Shown: positions 18,368 to 28,900 of the stretch, piece by piece
Layout: each line of letters starts with the position of its first letter
Numbering within the stretch: position 1 is the stretch's first letter
Assembly: GCA_041485905.1 (NCBI GenBank)
Contig: JBGPKK010000001.1
Span: 38,141-102,140, forward strand
Origin: Vicinamibacteria bacterium
Lineage (GTDB): Bacteria > Acidobacteriota > Vicinamibacteria > Vicinamibacterales > CAVVIG01
Length of the DNA: 64,000 nucleotides
Reading direction: 5' to 3'
The notes under the pieces: model-generated
Databases searched by the model: none
The model's input: the letters and a program-made list of their open reading frames with translations, nothing else
What the model was told of the DNA's origin: nothing
Position numbers and translations under genes: made by a program

Positions 18368-19303
18368 TCACACCTGGACCTGCTCGGCAGGCCTCGGCGC
18401 GTCGACGCGATCGACGAGGTGGTCCACGATCGCTCCCGCGACGTCGAGTCCCGTGGCGTGCTGCAGCCCCTGCCATCCGGGGATCGCGTTTACCTCCAAC
18501 ACGAAGACCGGACCCTCGCGAGATGGCAGCAGGTCCACGCCGGCATAGTCCGCGCCGACGGCTGCCGCCGCGCGCACGGCGAGCTGCCCGAATGCGGGCG
18601 GGAGGTCGAAGGGCCGCGCGGATCCGCCACGCGATACATTGGTGCGCCACTCGCCTGGGGGCGCCCGGCGCTCGATCGCGCCAAGGACCCGGCCGCCGAC
18701 GACGAAGACGCGCACGTCGCGTCCACCATGATCGACCGCGCGCTGCACGTAGAACACGGTCCGCAGCTGCTCGAGCGATCGCAGCACGCGGAAGGCGACG
18801 TCGGGGTCGCTCACCCGCACAAGACCGTGTCCCATCGACCCGAAGATCGGTTTGATGATCACGTCGCCGCCGCCTTCGCCAGCGCTACGGCGCCCAAGCA
18901 TCGCGCGGATGGCGGCCATCGCGTCATCCGTTCTCTCGCAGACGACCGTCTCGGGGGTCGGCAGGCCCGCCTCCTGCAGCAGCGCTGTCGTGTAGAACTT
19001 GTCGACGGAGCGCTCGATCGCGCGCGGCGAGTTCATCACGGGCACGCCGCGCGTCTCGATCCAATGCAGCGCGTCCACGCGGTAGATGATTTGGTCGAGC
19101 GACCCGTTAGGGATGATTCGCGCCAGAACAGCGTCGGCGTCGAGAATGGCCACGCTCTCGCTCGAGAGCGCACCGGTGGCCCCGAATCGCGCGACCAATC
19201 CCTCGTACGGCCGGACACGACTGGAATGCTGGCGCTCGGCGAGGGCGCGGCACAGCTCGTCGGTATGCCAACCGGTGCGTGCACTGAGAATGACGATGTT
19301 CAT
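18368..19303 (-). CDS. RimK-type ATP-grasp ligase (MptN/CofF-like glutamate ligase)
   Basis: ORF track. DKFYTTALLQEAGLPTPETV, IIKPIFGSMGHGL, RVFVVGGRVLGAIERR..GEWRTNVSRGG, LEVNAIPGW. Confidence 0.8.
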   Translation of the reverse strand: MNIVILSARTGWHTDELCRALAERQHSSRVRPYEGLVARFGATGALSSESVAILDADAVLARIIPNGSLDQIIYRVDALHWIETRGVPVMNSPRAIERSVDKFYTTALLQEAGLPTPETVVCERTDDAMAAIRAMLGRRSAGEGGGDVIIKPIFGSMGHGLVRVSDPDVAFRVLRSLEQLRTVFYVQRAVDHGGRDVRVFVVGGRVLGAIERRAPPGEWRTNVSRGGSARPFDLPPAFGQLAVRAAAAVGADYAGVDLLPSREGPVFVLEVNAIPGWQGLQHATGLDVAGAIVDHLVDRVDAPRPAEQVQV

Positions 19304-19324
19304 CGAAGCTCAGATCGCTATATC

Positions 19325-21589
19325 TCATATCAACTTTTGCCGCGACAACGGCAGCTCGCGCACACGCTTGCCCGTGGCCGCGAAGATCGCGTTCCCGAGC
19401 GACGCGAGGACGGTCGGGACGCCCGGCTCGCCGACGCCGGTCGGCGGATTGTCGCTTTCCACGAAGTGCACGTTGGTCTGATACGGCGCGTCGTTCATGC
19501 GCGCCACCTGGAAGTCGTTGAAGTTGCTCTGCCGGATCCGCCCGTTGGCTGCGGTGATCTCCCCGGTTCTCGCGAGGCCGGCGGCCATGACCGCGGCGCC
19601 TTCGAGTTGCGCTCTGACCCGATCGGGATTGACGATCGTTCCGGCATCGACGATCTGATCGACACGCGGGATACGGAGCTGTCCCCGAGCGTCCACCTCG
19701 ACCTCGACGACCGACGCGACATAGGTGTTGAAGCTGCGATGTGCCGCGATCCCAAGGCCCCAGCCGTTGCCCGACTTGCGCTTGCCCCAGCCCGATCGTT
19801 CGCCGGCCACTTCCAGCACGCGCCGCAGCCGGCGCGTGTCGATTGGGTACTTGTCGTACGGCGCGCCGTAGTTGGAGTACTCCACGCCCTGTGCTTTCAA
19901 ATCGAGCACCTTGCCTGGTCCGAGCAGATCGAGGAGGAACTCGAGGGGATCGCGCCCGGCCGCGTGCGCCATTTCGTCCGCGAAGCTGTGGGCCGCGAAC
20001 GCATGGTAGTTGTTGGCGACCGCACGGAACCAGCCGATCCGAACGTGCGCCTCGGCCGCGCCGTTCTCCGCGCGGATGTTCGGGACGTCGAACGGCAGAT
20101 CGGACAGGCCCATGTCGAGCTCGATGCTCAGGCCGTGCCGCGCCTTCGGGTCGAACATCGCGGCGATCGGCGGAAACACCGATCGCTGGAGCCACGCCGT
20201 CGGGCGGCCGCGGCCGTCCACCGCCGCCTTGTGGTACACCGCCGCCGTCGTGTGGTAGTAATCGAAGCGGATGTCGTCTTCACGAGTCCACACGACCTTG
20301 ACCGGTTTCCCGAGCTTCTTCGAGAGCACCGCCGCTTCCGCCGCGTAGTCGGGCTTCGACTTGCGGCCGAAGCCGCCGCCGAGGAGCGTGACGTGGCAGG
20401 TGACGTCTTTCTTGTCGACGCCGACCGCAGCAGCCACCGTGTCCTGCACGGCCTGCGGATTCTGCGTGGGCGCCCAGACCGTGACCTTGCCGTCGCGATA
20501 CTCGGCGAGCGCCGCCGGCGGCTCCATGGCCGCGTGCGCCGCCATCGGCGTGTAGTACACGGCCTCGAGAATTTTGCCGCCCTTCGTGAATTCGGCGTCC
20601 ACGTTCCCGACGTTGCGCGCCACCTGACCCGGCTGCCGCACGGTCTGAAGCATTTGCTGCTTGAACGCCTCGGACTCGAAGCTCGCGTGCGCGCCATCCT
20701 CCCAATCGATCTTGAGGCGCTTTCGGCCCTGAAACGCCGCCCATGTGTTGTCGGCAATCACGGCGACGCCGCCGAGCGGCTTGAATTGGTAGGGCGGCTC
20801 GAACGGGTCGATGGGCACCGTTTGTTTCACGCCGCGCACGGCCAGCGCCGCCTTGTCGTCGTACCCGCGCACCTTGCCACCCAAGACCGGTGGGTGCTCG
20901 ATGGACGCGTACACCATCCCCTCGCGGAACACGTCCATGCCGAACTGCGCCTTGCCGGTGATGATGTCGGACTGATCGTAGATTGCGGTCTCTTTACCCA
21001 CGAGTCGCCACGCGGTCTTCGGCTTGAACTGCAACGTTTCCGGCCTCGGCACCGCGAGACGCGCGGCCGCCGGCACCAGCGCGCCATATCCGAGCCTGCG
21101 CCCGCTCCCCTGATGCACGATCTCGTGATTCTGCGCGACACATTCGGCCGCCGGCACGTTCCACTGCGCCGCCGCCGCGCCGACCAGCATCGTCCGCGCC
21201 GACGCGCCGGCACGCCGAAACGCTTCGTAGAAGTCGCGGATCGATCGCGAGCCGTCCGTGTTTTGATCGCCGTACCGCGCATCGCCGATGCCCTGCTCGA
21301 TCGTGACGCGGCTCCAATCGGCGTCGAGCTCGTCGGCCGCGACCATCGGCAGCGACGTTCTGATGCCGGTGCCCATTTCAGATCGGTGTGTGACGATGAA
21401 GACCGTGCCGTCCGGCTGGATGCCGAGGTAGATGCTCGGGCTGAGCGCGGCCGACTCCGCGCGGGTGCGGAACCCCGCCTCCTGCGCCCACACCGACTCC
21501 GGCAGGACGCGCGCGGCGAGGACGAAGGCGCCCGTCGTGAAGGCGCCTCCGAGAAACTGGCGTCGGCTGACGTTGTCGATGGCGCTCAT
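19325..21589 (-). CDS. Molybdopterin-binding large subunit of an IorB/aldehyde-oxidoreductase-type hydroxylase, Tat-exported
   Basis: Start at [17 protein letters not shown] (Met57 of ORF 19325..21757; twin-arginine motif). ATGA overlap with the small-subunit stop. LLGGGFGRK is a xanthine-dehydrogenase-family motif. Confidence 0.85.
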   Translation of the reverse strand: MSAIDNVSRRQFLGGAFTTGAFVLAARVLPESVWAQEAGFRTRAESAALSPSIYLGIQPDGTVFIVTHRSEMGTGIRTSLPMVAADELDADWSRVTIEQGIGDARYGDQNTDGSRSIRDFYEAFRRAGASARTMLVGAAAAQWNVPAAECVAQNHEIVHQGSGRRLGYGALVPAAARLAVPRPETLQFKPKTAWRLVGKETAIYDQSDIITGKAQFGMDVFREGMVYASIEHPPVLGGKVRGYDDKAALAVRGVKQTVPIDPFEPPYQFKPLGGVAVIADNTWAAFQGRKRLKIDWEDGAHASFESEAFKQQMLQTVRQPGQVARNVGNVDAEFTKGGKILEAVYYTPMAAHAAMEPPAALAEYRDGKVTVWAPTQNPQAVQDTVAAAVGVDKKDVTCHVTLLGGGFGRKSKPDYAAEAAVLSKKLGKPVKVVWTREDDIRFDYYHTTAAVYHKAAVDGRGRPTAWLQRSVFPPIAAMFDPKARHGLSIELDMGLSDLPFDVPNIRAENGAAEAHVRIGWFRAVANNYHAFAAHSFADEMAHAAGRDPLEFLLDLLGPGKVLDLKAQGVEYSNYGAPYDKYPIDTRRLRRVLEVAGERSGWGKRKSGNGWGLGIAAHRSFNTYVASVVEVEVDARGQLRIPRVDQIVDAGTIVNPDRVRAQLEGAAVMAAGLARTGEITAANGRIRQSNFNDFQVARMNDAPYQTNVHFVESDNPPTGVGEPGVPTVLASLGNAIFAATGKRVRELPLSRQKLI

Positions 21590-22041
21590 GCCTGCTCCTT
21601 TGCCGCCATCTTGATCGCGGCGCGAATCCGCTGGTAGGTGCCGCAGCGGCAGATGTTGCCCGCCATCGCGCGGTCGATGTCCTGGTCGCTCGGATTCGGC
21701 GTCCGCTGCAGCAGCGACGCCGCCTGCATGATCTGCCCCACCTGGCAGTAGCCGCACTGCGCGACGTTGAGGCTGGCCCAGGCCCGTTGGACCGGGTGCC
21801 GGCCGTCGGCGCTGAGGCCTTCAATCGTAATGACGCGCCTGTTCTGGATCGTGCGCATCGGCGTCTGGCACGACCTGACCGCCTGCCCGTCCAGATGCAC
21901 GGTGCACGCGCCGCACAATCCCGCGCCGCACCCGAACCGGGTTCCCGTCAATCGCGCTTCGTCGCGGAGATACCAGAGCAAAGGCATGTCCGGATCGCCG
22001 TCGAACGATCGGTCGGTTCCGTTGACTTTAAAATTCACCAT
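21586..22041 (-). CDS. [2Fe-2S]-binding small subunit of the Mo hydroxylase (IorA type)
   Basis: Start at MVNFKVNG (Met95 of ORF 21586..22323). [12 protein letters not shown] and [10 protein letters not shown]...NICRCGTY are the two 2Fe-2S motifs. Confidence 0.9.
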   Translation of the reverse strand: MVNFKVNGTDRSFDGDPDMPLLWYLRDEARLTGTRFGCGAGLCGACTVHLDGQAVRSCQTPMRTIQNRRVITIEGLSADGRHPVQRAWASLNVAQCGYCQVGQIMQAASLLQRTPNPSDQDIDRAMAGNICRCGTYQRIRAAIKMAAKEQA

Positions 22042-22066
22042 CGGTGGGGTCCTCGCTAGGCGCAGA

Positions 22067-23050
22067 TTATCGCATGAGCTTGTGCGTTCCACTCTCGAAG
22101 AGCGACGCGCGCAGCACGTCGGGATTGAGCCGCCCGGCGTGGAACGTCCGTCCGGTCGTCGCGCTGGTGAGCCACACCTCGGCGGGGCTGAACAGCATCG
22201 GGTCGATCTTATAGAAGTCGTTGTCGTAGCGCTTGAAGATGTCGTAGAACGGCGTCCCGTAATCAGCGGACGCGGACGCGGGCAGGCGTTCCGCAAGCTC
22301 GGCCAGCTCATCGTCCTGCGCACGAACCGTGTAGCGCGCCTGACCGCCGTACAAAATGCAGTCGTTCGTGCGGCCGATCGCGCGCACGTCGCTCCGCGCG
22401 GTCGGCGCGAGCGGCGCGGTGCCCATCGCGCTCACCACGCGGCGCACGTCGAAGCCGAGGGTATCCATCTTGTGCAGTCCCGTCTCGAGCACCCGCGCCA
22501 CGATCTGGACGCCGCCGGCCAGACTGGCGGTGGGAGCGACGGCGATGGTGAGCGCTCCGGACGCGACGCCCGCCTTTGCCGCCACCCACGCGGCGACTTC
22601 CTCGGTGGGCAACGTTCGCGCTTCCAGCACGAGCACTCCGTGGCTGGCATCCTCGGCGTATCCCAGTTTGCCAAACAGCTCTTTCTCGACTCGCGCTTTC
22701 GCGCGCAGCGGGCCCGAGCCCATCGCGAAGAACCCCTGGGGGTCAATCGCCCATCCGGCATACTGCGACGCCATGCACGATTCGGCCGGATGATCGGTCC
22801 ACACGTGCACACCGGGCCACGTCTCGCCGCCGATGGCGAGCGACCCAAACGCGACGTGCCCGAGACCGCCCATGCACAGCTCGGCCAGCCGACGCCCTGC
22901 GGCGAAGCCGCCGGGCACGTTAACGCCGGCGTCGATGACGCGCGCGCCGCTCGCGAGCGTGTGTACGGCGAGGCGCAGCTCGGTCGACTGCTCGATGCAG
23001 CGATCGGCCAACGCCCACGCGCGATGGTTCATCCCGAGATCGGTCGGCAT
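22067..23050 (-). CDS. mch: methenyl-tetrahydromethanopterin cyclohydrolase
   Basis: Start at [12 protein letters not shown] (Met88 of ORF 22067..23311), 327 aa. [15 protein letters not shown] and the overall length fit Mch as I remember it. Confidence 0.8.
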   Translation of the reverse strand: MPTDLGMNHRAWALADRCIEQSTELRLAVHTLASGARVIDAGVNVPGGFAAGRRLAELCMGGLGHVAFGSLAIGGETWPGVHVWTDHPAESCMASQYAGWAIDPQGFFAMGSGPLRAKARVEKELFGKLGYAEDASHGVLVLEARTLPTEEVAAWVAAKAGVASGALTIAVAPTASLAGGVQIVARVLETGLHKMDTLGFDVRRVVSAMGTAPLAPTARSDVRAIGRTNDCILYGGQARYTVRAQDDELAELAERLPASASADYGTPFYDIFKRYDNDFYKIDPMLFSPAEVWLTSATTGRTFHAGRLNPDVLRASLFESGTHKLMR

Positions 23051-23152
23051 GTCATCTATTGTCAGGCGCCTGATTCTAACCTTCAACGAGCCATCTTCTC
23101 TTTGACATGCTCGTGCGCCTCGGCTAAAAGAAGGACCATAAGGAGCTCCCGC

Positions 23153-25084
23153 GTGAAAACGAAACTCATTCTTGTGGCCGCCGTCGCGTGCGGCTCGCTC
23201 AGTATTCTGACGACAGTCGGCACGGTGTATCCAGAGGCTGGAGCGCAGGCGGCCGCGAATCCACAAGCGCCCGCAGCGGGACAGCAACCTCCTCCGCCAG
23301 CCGGAGGGCAACGCGGAGGTGTGCCGGGCACCGAAAGCGGGTGGGCCACGTTTCAGACTCGCTGTTCAATCTGTCACGGCAATCCGACGGTCGAGCGCGC
23401 CCAATCGCCCGCAGCCATTCGTGACATGCCGCCGGAGCGAACCTACGACGCGCTCGTGTCCGGCTCGATGCAGGTGCAGAGTCAGGGTCTGAGCGATCAA
23501 CAGAAGCGTGCCGTGGCCGAGTTCATGAGCGGACGCCCGCTCGGGAGCGCGAAACAGGGCGACGCGCGGAACATGCCGAACAAGTGCGCCAGCAATCCGA
23601 CGCTGTCGGATCCCGCTCGAGGCGCCGCATGGAACGGGTGGGGCGCCGATCTGTCGAATACAAGGTTCCAGCCGGCGACGGCCGCGGGCCTGACAGCCGC
23701 CCAGGTCCCTCAGTTGAAGCTGAAGTGGGCCTTCGGCTATCCGACCGGCGTCTCTGCCAACGGCCAACCGACGATTGCGTCCGGACGCGTGTTTGTCGGC
23801 AGCGACAACGGGTTCGTCTATTCGCTGGACGCTGCGACCGGCTGTGTCTACTGGTCGTTCGAAAACGGATCGATCGTGCGGGGCGCTGTCACGATTGGAC
23901 CGGTCAGAGGTCGGGGCACCGCGCGGTATGCCGTGTACTTCGGCGACGGGAAGGCCAACATCTTCGCACTGGACGCACAAAACGGCAGACTGCTCTGGAA
24001 GACCAAAGCAGATCCCCACTTCATCGCGCGTATTACGGCGGGCACCAAACTGTATAACGGCAAGTTGTTCGTGCCTGTTTCCTCATCCGAGGAGTTCAGC
24101 AGCGGCACTCCCGACTATCCGTGCTGCACGTCCCGAGGCAGCGTCGTCGCGCTTGACGCGAACACCGGCAAGCAGGTGTGGAAAGCCTGGGTCGTTCCCG
24201 AGGAACCGCAGCCTTATAAGACGCAGCCCAACGGCGTGACCTTGTACAAGCCGGCCGGTGGAGCGGTCTGGAACACGCCCACCGTCGATCCGGTTCGACA
24301 GGCGATCTACTTCGGCACCGGCGACGCGACGACTGCGCCGTCTCCGAGAACGACCGACGCCATCATGGCGGTCGACATCAACACCGGAAGGCTGCTGTGG
24401 TCGTATCAGGCGACCGAAAGCGACGTCTTCATGGGTGGGTGCAACGGCGCGGTGCGCAGCGAGGCGTGCCCGAATCCGATGGGGCCCGATATGGACATCG
24501 GAAACTCTCCGATCCTGAAGACGTTGCCGAACGGCAAACGGGTGCTGCTCGCCGGAACCAAGAGCGCAGACGTGTTCGCCCTCGATCCCGACAATAACGG
24601 CGCGCTGCTGTATCGAATCAACGCGGCAGGAGCCGCGGTCGGGGCCGGGCGCGGCGGCCGGGGCTCGATCGTCTGGGGCGGCGCCGCCGACGATCAGCTC
24701 GCGTACTACGGACTTGGCGGGGCGGGGCTCGCGGCGGTCAGGCCCGCCACCGGAGAGCGCGTCTGGGTCTTTACTCCTCCAGCGCCGGCCGGCGGCGGCC
24801 GGGGCGCCTCGCTCGGCGCCGCGCCGACGGTCATCCCCGGCGTCGTCCTCCAGGGATCGTCCGATGGTAAGCTCTACGCGCTATCGGCGACTGACGGGAA
24901 GCTGCTCTGGGAATTCAACACCGCTCAGAATTTCGAGACGGTCAACAAGGTCCCAGCCCATGGCGGCGCGATCAGCACCTCGGGCGCCGTGGTGGCCGGA
25001 CGCATGGTGTTCGTCGGTTCCGGGTACGCGGTCGGCAGCGGCGCCTCGGGAGGCAACGTGCTGCTCGCGTTCGGGATCGAGTAG
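23153..25084 (+). CDS. Quinohemoprotein: N-terminal cytochrome c plus PQQ-dependent beta-propeller dehydrogenase (polyvinyl-alcohol-dehydrogenase-like architecture)
   Basis: In-frame GTG preceded by aaggag within ORF 21767..25084, whose upstream part is antisense to mch. Signal peptide VKTKLILVAAVACGS; heme motif CSICHG; WNGWGADLSNTRFQP...LKLKWAF and repeated beta-propeller W/G motifs. Confidence 0.8.
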   Translation: MKTKLILVAAVACGSLSILTTVGTVYPEAGAQAAANPQAPAAGQQPPPPAGGQRGGVPGTESGWATFQTRCSICHGNPTVERAQSPAAIRDMPPERTYDALVSGSMQVQSQGLSDQQKRAVAEFMSGRPLGSAKQGDARNMPNKCASNPTLSDPARGAAWNGWGADLSNTRFQPATAAGLTAAQVPQLKLKWAFGYPTGVSANGQPTIASGRVFVGSDNGFVYSLDAATGCVYWSFENGSIVRGAVTIGPVRGRGTARYAVYFGDGKANIFALDAQNGRLLWKTKADPHFIARITAGTKLYNGKLFVPVSSSEEFSSGTPDYPCCTSRGSVVALDANTGKQVWKAWVVPEEPQPYKTQPNGVTLYKPAGGAVWNTPTVDPVRQAIYFGTGDATTAPSPRTTDAIMAVDINTGRLLWSYQATESDVFMGGCNGAVRSEACPNPMGPDMDIGNSPILKTLPNGKRVLLAGTKSADVFALDPDNNGALLYRINAAGAAVGAGRGGRGSIVWGGAADDQLAYYGLGGAGLAAVRPATGERVWVFTPPAPAGGGRGASLGAAPTVIPGVVLQGSSDGKLYALSATDGKLLWEFNTAQNFETVNKVPAHGGAISTSGAVVAGRMVFVGSGYAVGSGASGGNVLLAFGIE

Positions 25085-25090
25085 AGGGAG

Positions 25091-25822
25091 CTACGGCTGG
25101 AGGCTGAAGTCGACCGTCACGATCATGCTGACCTCGACCGGAACGCAGTCGAGACGCGGCGGCGTCCATAGCCATTGATTCAGGGCGGCCATCGAGGCGT
25201 CGGCCAGTTCGCGATGGGCCGCTGTCACGACTCTCAAGTCGTGCAGCCGGCCATCGGTCGACACACGGCCGGCGAGGACGACTGACCCTTTGATTCCGGC
25301 GTCTCTCAGATGTCGAGGATACTCAGGCCGCGGGTCTCGAATCTTCATCGGCGGCCGCAGGTCCCCGCCAACCGCCGACAGCTCGCACTTCTCTGCGTCC
25401 CCCGAATCTCGACGCTCGCCGAGAAGATCCGCGGCGCGCGGAACATCCGTGTCCGCCACGGTGATGCGTTCCTCGAGCGATCCGATCTGCAGCGTGATGT
25501 CGTGCTGCAGATGCTCCCCCGCGTCCAGCTTCAGGCTGTCCTGAAGCGTGGCAAACCCCGACCGCTCCGCTTCGAGCAGGTAATCACCGGGCGTCAGCGC
25601 TTCGATCTCGAAGTGACCCAACTGATCGGTTCGAGCCTCGCGGTGCGCCATGCTCGTGCGGTTCGTGAGCACGACACTGACATACGGCAGGAGGCCGCCG
25701 ACCTGATCCGTTAAGTTCCCCGACACCTTCGCGGACGGAGTCTGCCCGAGCTCGTGGACGCCAGCGAAGGGAACCGCCCCGATGAACAAAGCCAACAGCG
25801 CGACGAACTTCATGACGTTCAT
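25091..25822 (-). CDS. TonB-family protein with a carboxypeptidase-regulatory-like domain
   Basis: ORF track. Signal/anchor MKFVALLALFIGA; YVSVVLTNRTS..TDQLGHFEIEALTPGDYLL (CarboxypepD_reg-like); C-terminal PEYPRHLRDAGIKGSVVLAGRVSTDGRL (TonB C-terminal domain). Confidence 0.75.
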   Translation of the reverse strand: MNVMKFVALLALFIGAVPFAGVHELGQTPSAKVSGNLTDQVGGLLPYVSVVLTNRTSMAHREARTDQLGHFEIEALTPGDYLLEAERSGFATLQDSLKLDAGEHLQHDITLQIGSLEERITVADTDVPRAADLLGERRDSGDAEKCELSAVGGDLRPPMKIRDPRPEYPRHLRDAGIKGSVVLAGRVSTDGRLHDLRVVTAAHRELADASMAALNQWLWTPPRLDCVPVEVSMIVTVDFSLQP

Positions 25823-25914
25823 GGAGCCAACCTACGATAGCAGATGGTGACTTGACTGTATCTGGCCATTGCTATAAAAGCGTGGCCATCTACTCACCAG
25901 TCAACGGAGGAAAC

Positions 25915-28900
25915 ATGCATCGGGCGTTCACGTCCTGTCGACATTCGGTCGTGGCTGTGGCCGTCATGCTGCTGTCGGCCACAGCGGCGCAGGCTCAGTT
26001 CGATTCGGCACAGGTTTCAGGCGTCGCCCAGGACGCGACCGGAGCGGTTCTTCCGGGCGTGGACGTGACGTTGACCAACGCCGGCACCGGTCAGGAACGC
26101 CGGACCGTCACCAACGACACCGGACTGTATACCTTCCCGAACGTCCCGGTCGGCACCTACACCGTGAACGCCGCGCTTTCAGGCTTCAAGGGATTCACGA
26201 AGACCGGCGTGCCGGTGGATGCAGGCGTCAATATTCGTGTGGACGTCCAGCTGCAGGTCGGCGCGGTCAGCGAAACCGTTCTCGTGCAGGCGTCGGCCAC
26301 CGTGATCGATACCGCCGTCATCGCGCGAACCGTGACCGCCGAGCAGATCGCCGCCACTCCGCTGAGTGGCCGCCGGGCCTCTCAAGTCGCCCAACTGACG
26401 GCCGGCGTCGTGGGCGGAAACATGGGCACCTTCGGCGGATCCGCGCTGAACTCGTTCGCCACCGGCGTGACCTCGATCAACGGCGGCCGCGCCGACGAGT
26501 TCATCACGACCGTTGACGGCGCCCCCTCGATCCGCGTGCGCGCCGCAGGCGGCTTCATGATGGGCGCGCAGAACATCGACACCGTGGAGGAAGTGCAGGT
26601 CCTGACGACGAACTATCAGGCCGAGTTGGGCCGGGCGTCGGCGGGACAACTGCGGCTGGTGACCAAGAGCGGCAGTCGCGACTTCCGCGGCAACATGTTC
26701 TGGAACTTCCAGAACGACAAGCTGGACGCCAATAGCTGGACTCGCAACCGCAGCGGGCTCGACAAAACCCTGCACGAGTTCAACGCGTCCGGGTTCACGC
26801 TCGGCGGACCGATCTACATCCCGGGAAAATTCAACACGAACAGGCAGAACCTCTTTTTCTTCTGGGGCGAGGAATGGACGCGGGACCGCTCCGAGGACAG
26901 CCAGACGGCCACGGTGCCGAGCCTGGCGATGCGCAACGGCGACTTCAGCGAGCTGCTGAACCCGGCGAACCCGTTCTTCAACCGGGCGCGCATCATCCGC
27001 GATCCGCTAACCGGACAGCCGTTTCCCAACAACGTCATCCCGGCGTTCCGCCTCAGTCCAAACGGCAAGGCGTTGCTCAACGCCTACCCGGCGCCGATTC
27101 CTGGTTTTCAACAGGGGGCGTCGAACTGGATTGGCACGCTGCCTGTTTTCAATCACCAGCGGAAAGACAGCATCAAGGTCGACTGGGTCCTCAACAACAC
27201 CCACCGCCTCGCGATCCGTCACACCTGGGCGCCGAACATCTGGAACATTCCCGAGGCCATGGGCCTCTACTCGAGCGTCTGGGACTATCCCGGTCGGACG
27301 ATGGCCGCGACCTTTACCAGCACGATCCGACCCACGCTGCTGAATGAGCTCACGTTCTCCTGGGGATCGACCAAACCCGCGCGGTTCCTCGGTCAGCGGA
27401 CCTGCGACTACTGCCCCGGAGGCGCAGACGCGTTCCTGTATCCGCTCGCGTCGCAATTGGGCATCAATTATCGCCAGCTCTTTCCGGGCACGAAGATGGA
27501 TCCGGACAAGCTGCCGAACCTCTCGATGTCAGGGTTCACGTCGATTAACAACAACGCGTATCCGGGCGTCTGGAACGACTTCGTGTTCCTGTGGGCGGAC
27601 AACGTGACGAAGATCAGCGGAAATCACACCTTCAAGGCGGGTGTGAGCGTCGAGCGTTCCGGGATGAACGACCAGATCCAGCTGACGTTCGCGCAGTCGC
27701 CGGCGACGGTCAACCAGAACGGTTCGTTCCGATTCACCGATACCACGCGGACCGATGGAACCAACTTGTCGGCGGCCAATGTGATTCTGGGACTGTTCGA
27801 CGACTACACCGAATTCGGCGTCAAGCCGAACACCCGTTGGGTGTCGATGGGCTACGACGCGTTCCTCCAGGACAGCTGGAAGCCCGTGCGCGATCTGACA
27901 CTCGAGCTCGGCCTCCGCTACTCGTTGTGGGAGCCCTGGGGCGCTCAGGACAACGAGCTGGCATCGTTCAACCCTCTGTTCTACGACCCCTCGAAAGCGG
28001 CGGTCATCAATCCCAGTCTCACCGGCGGATTCATCGTCAGCGGCGACCGCTTCAACGGAATCGTGCTGCCTGGTGACGGCCCCACGGCCCAGGCGCTTAT
28101 CGACTTCCCGCAGCTCGCCGACCTTCAGCGTCTCTATCACGGCGTGCCGCGCGGTTTCGCCCAGACGATGAAGGATGGGCTCCAGCCGCGACTCGGGTTG
28201 GCCTATGCGATCAACGACAAGACCACGTTTCGAACCGGCGTCGGCAAGTTTCTGAACCGGGTCCAAATCAACACGACGGCGGCCTACGGGTTCAATCCGC
28301 CGCTGTCCGAAATGCAGACCGTCATCAACGGAAACGTCGACCTGCCCGGCGGCGCCCAGACGCGCAACTTCCCGCTGGTGATGGCCATGCAGGATCCGAA
28401 CTTCACGAATCCGATCTCCTGGGCGTGGAACGCCACCGTGGACCGCGAGCTGCCCGGCACGATCCGCGCGCAGGTCTCCTACGTGGGTCGCGCGGCCTCG
28501 AATCTGGAACGCGCGCGGAATATCAATCAGCTCCAGCCGGGCACGATCCAGGCGAACCCGACGATCAACGTGAACGCGCTGCGGCCCTACAAGGGGTTTG
28601 GCCCCATCACGCTCTACGAGACGACGGGACGATCGCGGTACGACGCGATGCAGATTCAGGTCGAGCGGCGTGCTTCGCGCGCCGGATTCACAGCCGCGTA
28701 CACGTTCTCGCGGACCAAAGACGATTCCAGCGGCCGTGGGGACATCCTGCCGAACGCGTACGACGATACCGGTTACTACGGGATCTCCGATCTGGATCGG
28801 CCGCACGTCTTCGTGAGTCAGGCCCGGTACCGGTTCCCAATGCTCGACTCGGCTCCCGCGGCGGTGAGGGGCGTGTTTGGCAACTGGGACATCTCCGGGA

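Noticed and set aside
18419-21637. Very long plus-strand ORF (1072 aa). Similar long ORFs: 43266..45110 (+), 34198..35979 (+), 46236..47501 (-), 27529..28806 (-), 47607..48560 (-), 36022..37410 (+), 33156..34307 (+), 57693..58793 (+), 31845..32951 (+).
   Set aside because: Each is antisense to a gene with clear family motifs, is Arg/Pro/Gly/His-rich and has no recognisable domains. These are typical stop-poor shadow frames of high-G+C DNA.
21767-23152. The N-terminal 460 codons of ORF 21767..25084 as part of the PQQ dehydrogenase.
   Set aside because: That part is antisense to iorA and mch and is compositional junk. A GTG with an aaggag RBS and a signal peptide at 23153 gives a normal-length exported protein.
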